Assembly: GCF_009914755.1 (NCBI RefSeq)
Contig: NC_060938.1
Origin: the human T2T-CHM13v2.0 reference genome, Homo sapiens
Reading direction: 5' to 3' (one strand)
Length of the DNA: 64,000 bases
This document shows, piece after piece, positions 1 through 13,200 of the stretch. The notes under the pieces were generated by a model. It was not told the origin of the DNA. It worked only from the letters and a program-made list of their open reading frames with translations, and ran no database searches. Within the stretch, counting starts at the first letter, position 1, and every line of letters begins with the position of its first letter. A program made the position numbers and the translations under genes.

Positions 1-249
1 TTCTTCTCTGTTAGGTGAGTGCATACGTCATAAAGGAGTTTCTGAGAATGTTTCTGTCTAGTGGTTATGGGAAGATATTTGCTTTTTCACCGTAGGCCTC
101 AGAGCGCTCCAAATATCCACTTGCACATACTACAAAAAGAGTGCCTCAAAGCTGCTCTCTGAAACGGAATGTTCAACTCTATGAGTTGAATGCAAACATC
201 GCAAAGACGTTTCTGAGAATGCTTCTGTCTAGATTTGATATGAAGATAT

Positions 250-266
250 TCCCGTTTCCAACGAAA
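250..266 (-). promoter_or_regulatory. CENP-B box (1 of 4 per HOR; about 187 complete box positions in the window)
   Basis: tcccgtttccaacgaaa is the reverse complement of TTTCGTTGGAAACGGGA and matches the NTTCGNNNNANNCGGGN core. Confidence 0.97.
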
Positions 267-587
267 TCTTCAAATCTATCCAAATGTCCACTTGCAGATT
301 CAACAAAAAGTGTTTTTCAGAACTGCTCTATCAAAAGAAAGATCCACCTCTGTTAGCTGAGTTCACACATCACAAACAAGTTTATGAGAATGCTTCTGTC
401 TAGTTTTTATTTGAAGATATTTCCTTTCTCACCATAGAGCTGAAAGCTGTCCTAATGTTCACTTCCAGATACTACAGAAAGAGTGTTTCAAAACTGCTGT
501 ACGAAAGGGAATGTTCAACTATGTGACTTGAATGCACACATCACAAAGAAGTTTCTGAGGATGCTGCTGTCTACTTTTTATACGTAA

Positions 588-604
588 TCCCGTTTCCAAC
601 GAAA
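588..604 (-). promoter_or_regulatory. CENP-B box (2 of 4 per HOR, next to the 4-bp shortening)
   Basis: tcccgtttccaacgaaa preceded by tacgtaa. Confidence 0.97.
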
Positions 605-758
605 TCCTCCAAGCTATCGAAATATCCACTTGCAGATTCCACAGAAAGACTGTTTCAAAACTGCTCTGTCAATAGAAAGGTTCAACTCTGTTAGCTGCGT
701 GCATATATCCCAAAGAAGATTCTGAGATTGCTTCTGTCTAGTTTTTATGGGAAGATAT

Positions 759-775
759 TTCCCTTTTCACCGTAG
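759..775 (-). promoter_or_regulatory. pJalpha-like A-box of A-type monomers (variants also at 79-95, 421-437, 1101-1117, repeating per HOR)
   Basis: ttcccttttcaccgtag resembles the pJalpha consensus TTCCTTTTYCACCRTAG and occupies the position homologous to the CENP-B box in alternate monomers. Confidence 0.8.
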
Positions 776-929
776 GCGTCAAGGCGCTCCAAATGTCCAC
801 TTCCAGATACTACAAAAAGAGTGTTTCAAACCTACTCTGTGAAAGGGAATATTCAACTCTGTGACTTGAATGCACATATCACAAGGAAGTTTCTGAGAAT
901 GCTTCTGTCGAGATTTTATATGAAGATAT

Positions 930-946
930 TCCCGTTTCCAACGAAA
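930..946 (-). promoter_or_regulatory. CENP-B box (3 of 4 per HOR)
   Basis: tcccgtttccaacgaaa, exact core match. Confidence 0.97.
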
Positions 947-1271
947 TGCTGAAATCTATCCAAATATCCCCTCGCAGATTCTACAAAAAGAGTGTTTCAA
1001 AACTGCTCTGTGAAAAGAAAGGTTCAACTCTGTTAGTTGAGTACACACATCACAAACAAGTTTCACAGAATGCTTCTTTCTAGCTTGTAGGGGAAGATAT
1101 TCCCTTTATCACCATGGGCCTCCAACCGTCCGAAACATCCACTTCCATATACTACAAAAAGAGCGTTTCAAACCTGCTCTATGAAAGGCAATGTTCAACT
1201 CTGTGACTTGAATGCAGACATCACAGAGCAGTTTCTGAGAATGCTTCTGTCTAGGTTTTATAGGAAGATAT

Positions 1272-1288
1272 TCCCGTTTCCAACGAAA
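1272..1288 (-). promoter_or_regulatory. CENP-B box (4 of 4 per HOR)
   Basis: tcccgtttccaacgaaa, exact core match. Confidence 0.97.
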
Positions 1289-4232
1289 TCTTCACAGCTA
1301 TCCAAATATCCACTTGCAGATTCTACAAAAAGAGTGTATCAAAACTGCTCTGTCAAAAGGAAGGTTCTTCTCTGTTAGGTGAGTGCATACGTCATAAAGG
1401 AGTTTCTGAGAATGTTTCTGTCTAGTGGTTATGGGAAGATATTTGCTTTTTCACCGTAGGCCTCAGAGCGCTCCAAATATCCACTTGCACATACTACAAA
1501 AAGAGTGCTTCAAAGCTGCTCTCTGAAACGGAATGTTCAACTCTATGAGTTGAATGCAAACATCACAAAGACGTTTCTGAGAATGCTTCTGTCTAGATTT
1601 GATATGAAGATATTCCCGTTTCCAACGAAATCTTCAAATCTATCCAAATGTCCACTTGCAGATTCAACAAAAAGTGTTTTTCAGAACTGCTCTATCAAAA
1701 GAAAGATCCACCTCTGTTAGCTGAGTTCACACATCACAAACAAGTTTATGAGAATGCTTCTGTCTAGTTTTTATTTGAAGATATTTCCTTTCTCACCATA
1801 GAGCTGAAAGCTGTCCTAATGTTCACTTCCAGATACTACAGAAAGAGTGTTTCAAAACTGCTGTACGAAAGGGAATGTTCAACTCTGTGACTTGAATGCA
1901 CACATCACAAAGAAGTTTCTGAGGATGCTGCTGTCTACTTTTTATACGTAATCCCGTTTCCAACGAAATCCTCCAAGCTATCCAAATATCCACTTGCAGA
2001 TTCCACAGAAAGACTATTTCAAAACTGCTCTGTCAATAGAAAGGTTCAACTCTGTTAGCTGCATGCATATATCCCAAAGAAGATTCTGAGATTGCTTCTG
2101 TCTAGTTTTTATGGGAAGATATTTCCCTTTTCAGCGTAGGCGTCAAGGCGCTCCAAATGTCCACTTCCAGATACTACAAAAAGAGTGTTTCAAACCTACT
2201 CTGTGAAAGGGAATATTCAACTCTGTGACTTGAATGCACATATCACAAGGAAGTTTCTGAGAATGCTTCTGTCGAGATTTTATATGAAGATATTCCCGTT
2301 TCCAACGAAATCCTGAAATGTATCCAAATATCCCCTTGCAGATTCTACAAAAAGAGTGTTTCAAAACTGCTCTGTAAAAAGAAAGGTTCAACTCTGTTAG
2401 TTGAGTACACACATCACAAACAAGTTTCACACAATGCTTCTTTCTAGCTTGTAGGGGAAGATATTCCCTTCATCACCATGGGCCTCCAACCGTCCGAAAC
2501 ATCCACTTCCATATACTACAAAAAGAGCGTTTCAAACCTGCTCTATGAAAGGCAATGTTCAACTCTGTGACTTGAATGCAGACATCACAGAGCAGTTTCT
2601 GAGAATGCTTCTGTCTAGATTTTATAGGAAGATATTCCCGTTTCCAACGAAATCTTCACAGCTATCCAAATATCCACTTGCAGATTCTACAAAAAGAGTG
2701 TATCAAAACTGCTCTGTCAAAAGGAAGGTTCTTTTCTGTTAGGTGAGTGCATACGTCATAAAGGAGTTTCTGAGAATGTTTCTGTCTAGTGGTTATGGGA
2801 AGATATTTGCTTTTTCACCGTAGGCCTCAGAGCGCTCCAAATATCCACTTGCACATACTACAAAAAGAGTGCCTCAAAGCTGCTCTCTGAAACGGAATGT
2901 TCAACTCTATGAGTTGAATGCAAACATCGCAAAGACGTTTCTGAGAATGCTTCTGTCTAGATTTGATATGAAGATATTCCCGTTTCCAACGAAATCTTCA
3001 AATCTATCCAAATGTCCACTTGCAGATTCAACAAAAAGTGTTTTTCAGAACTGCTCTATCAAAAGAAAGATCCACCTCTGTTAGCTGAGTTCACACATCA
3101 CAAACAAGTTTATGAGAATGCTTCTGTCTAGTTTTTATTTGAAGATATTTCCTTTCTCACCATAGAGCTGAAAGCTGTCCTAATGTTCACTTCCAGATAC
3201 TACAGAAAGAGTGTTTCAAAACTGCTGTACGAAAGGGAATGTTCAACTCTGTGACTTGAATGCACACATCACAAAGAAGATTCTGAGGATGCTGCTGTCT
3301 ACTTTTTATACGTAATCCCGTTTCCAACGAAATCCTCCAAGCTATCCAAATATCCACTTGCAGATTCCACAGAAAGACTGTTTCAAAACTGCTCTGTCAA
3401 TAGAAAGGTTCAACTCTGTTAGCTGCGTGCATATATCCCAAAGAAGATTCTGAGATTGCTTCTGTCTAGTTTTTATGGGAAGATATTTCCCTTTTCACCG
3501 TAGGCGTCAAGGCGCTCCAAATGTCCACTTCCAGATACTACAAAAAGAGTGTTTCAAACCTACTCTGTGAAAGGGAATATTCAACTCTGTGACTTGAATG
3601 CACATATCACAAGGAAGTTTCTGAGAATGCTTCTGTCGAGATTTTATATGAAGATATTCCCGTTTCCAACGAAATCCTGAAATGTATCCAAATATCCCCT
3701 TGCAGATTCTACAAAAAGAGTGTTTCAAAACTGCTCTGTAAAAAGAAAGGTTCAACTCTGTTAGTTGAGTACACACATCACAAACAAGTTTCACACAATG
3801 CTTCTTTCTAGCTTGTAGGGGAAGATATTCCCTTTATCACCATGGGCCTCAAACAGTCCGATAAGTCCACTTCCATATACTACAAAAAGAGCGTTTCAAA
3901 CCTGCTCTATGAAAGGCAATGTTCAACTCTGTGACTTGAATGCAGACATCACAGAGCAGTTTCTGAGAATGCTTCTGTCTAGATTTTATAGGAAGATATT
4001 CCCGTTTCCAACGAAATCTTCACAGCTATCCAAATATCCACTTGCAGATTCTACAAAAAGAGTGTATCAAAACTGCTCTGTCAAAAGGAAGGTTCTTCTC
4101 TGTTAGGTGAGTGCATACGTCATAAAGGAGTTTCTGAGAATGTTTCTGTCTAGTGGTTATGGGAAGATATTTGCTTTTTCACCGTAGGCCTCAGAGCGCT
4201 CCAAATATCCACTTGCACATACTACAAAAAGA

Positions 4233-7200
4233 GTGCCTCAAAGCTGCTCTCTGAAACGGAATGTTCAACTCTATGAGTTGAATGCAAACATCGCAAAGAC
4301 GTTTCTGAGAATGCTTCTGTCTAGATTTGATATGAAGATATTCCCGTTTCCAACGAAATCTTCAAATCTATCCAAATGTCCACTTGCAGATTCAACAAAA
4401 AGTGTTTTTCAGAACTGCTCTATCAAAAGAAAGATCCACCTCTGTTAGCTGAGTTCACACATCACAAACAAGTTTATGAGAATGCTTCTGTCTAGTTTTT
4501 ATTTGAAGATATTTCCTTTCTCACCATAGAGCTGAAAGCTGTCCTAATGTTCACTTCCAGATACTACAGAAAGAGTGTTTCAAAACTGCTGTACGAAAGG
4601 GAATGTTCAACTATGTGACTTGAATGCACACATCACAAAGAAGTTTCTGAGGATGCTGCTGTCTACTTTTTATACGTAATCCCGTTTCCAACGAAATCCT
4701 CCAAGCTATCGAAATATCCACTTGCAGATTCCACAGAAAGACTGTTTCAAAACTGCTCTGTCAATAGAAAGGTTCAACTCTGTTAGCTGCGTGCATATAT
4801 CCCAAAGAAGATTCTGAGATTGCTTCTGTCTAGTTTTTATGGGAAGATATTTCCCTTTTCACCGTAGGCGTCAAGGCGCTCCAAATGTCCACTTCCAGAT
4901 ACTACAAAAAGAGTGTTTCAAACCTACTCTGTGAAAGGGAATATTCAACTCTGTGACTTGAATGCACATATCACAAGGAAGTTTCTGAGAATGCTTCTGT
5001 CGAGATTTTATATGAAGATATTCCCGTTTCCAACGAAATGCTGAAATCTATCCAAATATCCCCTCGCAGATTCTACAAAAAGAGTGTTTCAAAACTGCTC
5101 TGTGAAAAGAAAGGTTCAACTCTGTTAGTTGAGTACACACATCACAAACAAGTTTCACAGAATGCTTCTTTCTAGCTTGTAGGGGAAGATATTCCCTTTA
5201 TCACCATGGGCCTCCAACCGTCCGAAACATCCACTTCCATATACTACAAAAAGAGCGTTTCAAACCTGCTCTATGAAAGGCAATGTTCAACTCTGTGACT
5301 TGAATGCAGACATCACAGAGCAGTTTCTGAGAATGCTTCTGTCTAGATTTTATAGGAAGATATTCCCGTTTCCAACGAAATCTTCACAGCTATCCAAATA
5401 TCCACTTGCAGATTCTACAAAAAGAGTGTATCAAAACTGCTCTGTCAAAAGGAAGGTTCTTCTCTGTTAGGTGAGTGCATACGTCATAAAGGAGTTTCTG
5501 AGAATGTTTCTGTCTAGTGGTTATGGGAAGATATTTGCTTTTTCACCGTAGGCCTCAGAGCGCTCCAAATATCCACTTGCACATACTACAAAAAGAGTGC
5601 TTCAAAGCTGCTCTCTGAAACGGAATGTTCAACTCTATGAGTTGAATGCAAACATCACAAAGACGTTTCTGAGAATGCTTCTGTCTAGATTTGATATGAA
5701 GATATTCCCGTTTCCAACGAAATCTTCAAATCTATCCAAATGTCCACTTGCAGATTCAACAAAAAGTGTTTTTCAGAACTGCTCTATCAAAAGAAAGATC
5801 CACCTCTGTTAGCTGAGTTCACACATCACAAACAAGTTTATGAGAATGCTTCTGTCTAGTTTTTATTTGAAGATATTTCCTTTCTCACCATAGAGCTGAA
5901 AGCTGTCCTAATGTTCACTTCCAGATACTACAGAAAGAGTGTTTCAAAACTGCTGTACGAAAGGGAATGTTCAACTCTGTGACTTGAATGCACACATCAC
6001 AAAGAAGTTTCTGAGGATGCTGCTGTCTACTTTTTATACGTAATCCCGTTTCCAACGAAATCCTCCAAGCTATCCAAATATCCACTTGCAGATTCCACAG
6101 AAAGACTATTTCAAAACTGCTCTGTCAATAGAAAGGTTCAACTCTGTTAGCTGCATGCATATATCCCAAAGAAGATTCTGAGATTGCTTCTGTCTAGTTT
6201 TTATGGGAAGATATTTCCCTTTTCACCGTAGGCGTCAAGGCGCTCCAAATGTCCACTTCCAGATACTACAAAAAGAGTGTTTCAAACCTACTCTGTGAAA
6301 GGGAATATTCAACTCTGTGACTTGAATGCACATATCACAAGGAAGTTTCTGAGAATGCTTCTGTCGAGATTTTATATGAAGATATTCCCGTTTCCAACGA
6401 AATCCTGAAATGTATCCAAATATCCCCTCGCAGATTCTACAAAAAGAGTGTTTCAAAACTGCTCTGTAAAAAGAAAGGTTCAACTCTGTTAGTTGAGTAC
6501 ACACATCACAAACAAGTTTCACACAATGCTTCTTTCTAGCTTGTAGGGGAAGATATTCCCTTTATCACCATGGGCCTCAAACCGTCCGATAAGTCCACTT
6601 CCATATACTACAAAAAGAGCGTTTCAAACCTGCTCTATGAAAGGCAATGTTCAACTCTGTGACTTGAATGCAGACATCACAGAGCAGTTTCTGAGAATGC
6701 TTCTGTCTAGATTTTATAGGAAGATATTCCCGTTTCCAACGAAATCTTCACAGCTATCCAAATATCCACTTGCAGATTCTACAAAAAGAGTGTATCAAAA
6801 CTGCTCTGTCAAAAGGAAGGTTCTTTTCTGTTAGGTGAGTGCATACGTCATAAAGGAGTTTCTGAGAATGTTTCTGTCTAGTGGTTATGGGAAGATATTT
6901 GCTTTTTCACCGTAGGCCTCAGAGCGCTCCAAATATCCACTTGCACATACTACAAAAAGAGTGCCTCAAAGCTGCTCTCTGAAACGGAATGTTCAACTCT
7001 ATGAGTTGAATGCAAACATCGCAAAGACGTTTCTGAGAATGCTTCTGTCTAGATTTGATATGAAGATATTCCCGTTTCCAACGAAATCTTCAAATCTATC
7101 CAAATGTCCACTTGCAGATTCAACAAAAAGTGTTTTTCAGAACTGCTCTATCAAAAGAAAGATCCACCTCTGTTAGCTGAGTTCACACATCACAAACAAG

Positions 7201-10200
7201 TTTATGAGAATGCTTCTGTCTAGTTTTTATTTGAAGATATTTCCTTTCTCACCATAGAGCTGAAAGCTGTCCTAATGTTCACTTCCAGATACTACAGAAA
7301 GAGTGTTTCAAAACTGCTGTACGAAAGGGAATGTTCAACTATGTGACTTGAATGCACACATCACAAAGAAGTTTCTGAGGATGCTGCTGTCTACTTTTTA
7401 TACGTAATCCCGTTTCCAACGAAATCCTCCAAGCTATCCAAATATCCACTTGCAGATTCCACAGAAAGACTGTTTCAAAACTGCTCTGTCAATAGAAAGG
7501 TTCAACTCTGTTAGCTGCGTGCATATATCCCAAAGAAGATTCTGAGATTGCTTCTGTCTAGTTTTTATGGGAAGATATTTCCCTTTTCACCGTAGGCGTC
7601 AAGGCGCTCCAAATGTCCACTTCCAGATACTACAAAAAGAGTGTTTCAAACCTACTCTGTGAAAGGGAATATTCAACTCTGTGACTTGAATGCACATATC
7701 ACAAAGAAGTTTCTGAGAATGCTTCTGTCGAGATTTTATATGAAGATATTCCCGTTTCCAACGAAATGCTGAAATCTATCCAAATATCCCCTCGCAGATT
7801 CTACAAAAAGAGTGTTTCAAAACTGCTCTGTGAACAGAAAGGTTCAACTCTGTTAGTTGAGTACACACATCACAAACAAGTTTCACAGAATGCTTCTTTC
7901 TAGCTTGTAGGGGAAGATATTCCCTTTATCACCATGGGCCTCCAACCGTCCGAAACATCCACTTCCATATACTACAAAAAGAGCGTTTCAAACCTGCTCT
8001 ATGAAAGGCAATGTTCAACTCTGTGACTTGAATGCAGACATCACAGAGCAGTTTCTGAGAATGCTTCTGTCTAGATTTTATAGGAAGATATTCCCGTTTC
8101 CAACGAAATCTTCACAGCTATCCAAATATCCACTTGCAGATTCTACAAAAAGAGTGTATCAAAACTGCTCTGTCAAAAGGAAGGTTCTTCTCTGTTAGGT
8201 GAGTGCATACGTCATAAAGGAGTTTCTGAGAATGTTTCTGTCTAGTGGTTATGGGAAGATATTTGCTTTTTCACCGTAGGCCTCAGAGCGCTCCAAATAT
8301 CCACTTGCACATACTACAAAAAGAGTGCTTCAAAGCTGCTCTCTGAAACGGAATGTTCAACTCTATGAGTTGAATGCAAACATCACAAAGACGTTTCTGA
8401 GAATGCTTCTGTCTAGATTTGATATGAAGATATTCCCGTTTCCAACGAAATCTTCAAATCTATCCAAATGTCCACTTGCAGATTCAACAAAAAGTGTTTT
8501 TCAGAACTGCTCTATCAAAAGAAAGATCCACCTCTGTTAGCTGAGTTCACACATCACAAACAAGTTTATGAGAATGCTTCTGTCTAGTTTTTATTTGAAG
8601 ATATTTCCTTTCTCACCATAGAGCTGAAAGCTGTCCTAATGTTCACTTCCAGATACTACAGAAAGAGTGTTTCAAAACTGCTGTACGAAAGGGAATGTTC
8701 AACTCTGTGACTTGAATGCACACATCACAAAGAAGTTTCTGAGGATGCTGCTGTCTACTTTTTATACGTAATCCCGTTTCCAACGAAATCCTCCAAGCTA
8801 TCCAAATATCCACTTGCAGATTCCACAGAAAGACTGTTTCAAAACTGCTCTGTCAATAGAAAGGTTCAACTCTGTTAGCTGCATGCATATATCCCAAAGA
8901 AGATTCTGAGATTGCTTCTGTCTAGTTTTTATGGGAAGATATTTCCCTTTTCAGCGTAGGCGTCAAGGCGCTCCAAATGTCCACTTCCAGATACTACAAA
9001 AAGAGTGTTTCAAACCTACTCTGTGAAAGGGAATATTCAACTCTGTGACTTGAATGCACATATCACAAGGAAGTTTCTGAGAATGCTTCTGTCGAGATTT
9101 TATATGAAGATATTCCCGTTTCCAACGAAATCCTGAAATGTATCCAAATATCCCCTTGCAGATTCTACAAAAAGAGTGTTTCAAAACTGCTCTGTAAAAA
9201 GAAAGGTTCAACTCTGTTAGTTGAGTACACACATCACAAACAAGTTTCACACAATGCTTCTTTCTAGCTTGTAGGGGAAGATATTCCCTTTATCACCATG
9301 GGCCTCAAACCGTCCGATAAGTCCACTTCCATATACTACAAAAAGAGCGTTTCAAACCTGCTCTATGAAAGGCAATGTTCAACTCTGTGACTTGAATGCA
9401 GACATCACAGAGCAGTTTCTGAGAATGCTTCTGTCTAGATTTTATAGGAAGATATTCCCGTTTCCAACGAAATCTTCACAGCTATCCAAATATCCACTTG
9501 CAGATTCTACAAAAAGAGTGTATCAAAACTGCTCTGTCAAAAGGAAGGTTCTTCTCTGTTAGGTGAGTGCATACGTCATAAAGGAGTTTCTGAGAATGTT
9601 TCTGTCTAGTGGTTATGGGAAGATATTTGCTTTTTCACCGTAGGCCTCAGAGCGCTCCAAATATCCACTTGCACATACTACAAAAAGAGTGCCTCAAAGC
9701 TGCTCTCTGAAACGGAATGTTCAACTCTATGAGTTGAATGCAAACATCGCAAAGACGTTTCTGAGAATGCTTCTGTCTAGATTTGATATGAAGATATTCC
9801 CGTTTCCAACGAAATCTTCAAATCTATCCAAATGTCCACTTGCAGATTCAACAAAAAGTGTTTTTCAGAACTGCTCTATCAAAAGAAAGATCCACCTCTG
9901 TTAGCTGAGTTCACACATCACAAACAAGTTTATGAGAATGCTTCTGTCTAGTTTTTATTTGAAGATATTTCCTTTCTCACCATAGAGCTGAAAGCTGTCC
10001 TAATGTTCACTTCCAGATACTACAGAAAGAGTGTTTCAAAACTGCTGTACGAAAGGGAATGTTCAACTATGTGACTTGAATGCACACATCACAAAGAAGT
10101 TTCTGAGGATGCTGCTGTCTACTTTTTATACGTAATCCCGTTTCCAACGAAATCCTCCAAGCTATCCAAATATCCACTTGCAGATTCCACAGAAAGACTG

Positions 10201-13200
10201 TTTCAAAACTGCTCTGTCAATAGAAAGGTTCAACTCTGTTAGCTGCGTGCATATATCCCAAAGAAGATTCTGAGATTGCTTCTGTCTAGTTTTTATGGGA
10301 AGATATTTCCCTTTTCACCGTAGGCGTCAAGGCGCTCCAAATGTCCACTTCCAGATACTACAAAAAGAGTGTTTCAAACCTACTCTGTGAAAGGGAATAT
10401 TCAACTCTGTGACTTGAATGCACATATCACAAAGAAGTTTCTGAGAATGCTTCTGTCGAGATTTTATATGAAGATATTCCCGTTTCCAACGAAATGCTGA
10501 AATCTATCCAAATATCCCCTCGCAGATTTTACAAAAAGAGTGTTTCAAAACTGCTCTGTGAAAAGAAAGGATCAACTCTGTTAGTTGAGTACACACATCA
10601 CAAACAAGTTTCACAGAATGCTTCTTTCTAGCTTGTAGGGGAAGATATTCCCTTTATCACCATGGGCCTCCAACCGTCCGAAACATCCACTTCCATATAC
10701 TACAAAAAGAGCGTTTCAAACCTGCTCTATGAAAGGCAATGTTCAACTCTGTGACTTGAATGCAGACATCACAGAGCAGTTTCTGAGAATGCTTCTGTCT
10801 AGATTTTATAGGAAGATATTCCCGTTTCCAACGAAATCTTCACAGCTATCCAAATATCCACTTGCAGATTCTACAAAAAGAGTGTATCAAAACTGCTCTG
10901 TCAAAAGGAAGGTTCTTCTCTGTTAGGTGAGTGCATACGTCATAAAGGAGTTTCTGAGAATGTTTCTGTCTAGTGGTTATGGGAAGATATTTGCTTTTTC
11001 ACCGTAGGCCTCAGAGCGCTCCAAATATCCACTTGCACATACTACAAAAAGAGTGCTTGAAAGCTGCTCTCTGAAACGGAATGTTCAACTCTATGAGTTG
11101 AATGCAAACATCACAAAGACGTTTCTGAGAATGCTTCTGTCTAGATTTGATATGAAGATATTCCCGTTTCCAACGAAATCTTCAAATCTATCCAAATGTC
11201 CACTTGCAGATTCAACAAAAAGTGTTTTTCAGAACTGCTCTATCAAAAGAAAGATCCACCTCTGTTAGCTGAGTTCACACATCACAAACAAGTTTATGAG
11301 AATGCTTCTGTCTAGTTTTTATTTGAAGATATTTCCTTTCTCACCATAGAGCTGAAAGCTGTCCTAATGTTCACTTCCAGATACTACAGAAAGAGTGTTT
11401 CAAAACTGCTGTACGAAAGGGAATGTTCAACTCTGTGACTTGAATGCACACATCACAAAGAAGTTTCTGAGGATGCTGCTGTCTACTTTTTATACGTAAT
11501 CCCGTTTCCAACGAAATCCTCCAAGCTATCCAAATATCCACTTGCAGATTCCACAGAAAGACTATTTCAAAACTGCTCTGTCAATAGAAAGGTTCAACTC
11601 TGTTAGCTGCATGCATATATCCCAAAGAAGATTCTGAGATTGCTTCTGTCTAGTTTTTATGGGAAGATATTTCCCTTTTCACCGTAGGCGTCAAGGCGCT
11701 CCAAATGTCCACTTCCAGATACTACAAAAAGAGTGTTTCAAACCTACTCTGTGAAAGGGAATATTCAACTCTGTGACTTGAATGCACATATCACAAGGAA
11801 GTTTCTGAGAATGCTTCTGTCGAGATTTTATATGAAGATATTCCCGTTTCCAACGAAATCCTGAAATGTATCCAAATATCCCCTCGCAGATTCTACAAAA
11901 AGAGTGTTTCAAAACTGCTCTGTAAAAAGAAAGGTTCAACTCTGTTAGTTGAGTACACACATCACAAACAAGTTTCACACAATGCTTCTTTCTAGCTTGT
12001 AGGGGAAGATATTCCCTTTATCACCATGGGCCTCAAACCGTCCGATAAGTCCACTTCCATATACTACAAAAAGAGCGTTTCAAACCTGCTCTATGAAAGG
12101 CAATGTTCAACTCTGTGACTTGAATGCAGACATCACAGAGCAGTTTCTGAGAATGCTTCTGTCTAGATTTTATAGGAAGATATTCCCGTTTCCAACGAAA
12201 TCTTCACAGCTATCCAAATATCCACTTGCAGATTCTACAAAAAGAGTGTATCAAAACTGCTCTGTCAAAAGGAAGGTTCTTTTCTGTTAGGTGAGTGCAT
12301 ACGTCATAAAGGAGTTTCTGAGAATGTTTCTGTCTAGTGGTTATGGGAAGATATTTGCTTTTTCACCGTAGGCCTCAGAGCGCTCCAAATATCCACTTGC
12401 ACATACTACAAAAAGAGTGCCTCAAAGCTGCTCTCTGAAACGGAATGTTCAACTCTATGAGTTGAATGCAAACATCGCAAAGACGTTTCTGAGAATGCTT
12501 CTGTCTAGATTTGATATGAAGATATTCCCGTTTCCAACGAAATCTTCAAATCTATCCAAATGTCCACTTGCAGATTCAACAAAAAGTGTTTTTCAGAACT
12601 GCTCTATCAAAAGAAAGATCCACCTCTGTTAGCTGAGTTCACACATCACAAACAAGTTTATGAGAATGCTTCTGTCTAGTTTTTATTTGAAGATATTTCC
12701 TTTCTCACCATAGAGCTGAAAGCTGTCCTAATGTTCACTTCCAGATACTACAGAAAGAGTGTTTCAAAACTGCTGTACGAAAGGGAATGTTCAACTATGT
12801 GACTTGAATGCACACATCACAAAGAAGTTTCTGAGGATGCTGCTGTCTACTTTTTATACGTAATCCCGTTTCCAACGAAATCCTCCAAGCTATCCAAATA
12901 TCCACTTGCAGATTCCACAGAAAGACTGTTTCAAAACTGCTCTGTCAATAGAAAGGTTCAACTCTGTTAGCTGCGTGCATATATCCCAAAGAAGATTCTG
13001 AGATTGCTTCTGTCTAGTTTTTATGGGAAGATATTTCCCTTTTCACCGTAGGCGTCAAGGCGCTCCAAATGTCCACTTCCAGATACTACAAAAAGAGTGT
13101 TTCAAACCTACTCTGTGAAAGGGAATATTCAACTCTGTGACTTGAATGCACATATCACAAAGAAGTTTCTGAGAATGCTTCTGTCGAGATTTTATATGAA

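Larger units (their letters stand above)
141..1504 (-). repeat. Representative HOR unit (type A): seven 171-bp monomers plus one 167-bp monomer
   Basis: A/B boxes start at 79, 250, 421, 588, 759, 930, 1101, 1272 and 1443, giving spacings of 171, 171, 167, 171, 171, 171, 171, 171 = 1364. The short monomer reads ttttatacgtaatcccg where the others read ttttatatgaagatattcccg. Confidence 0.95.
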
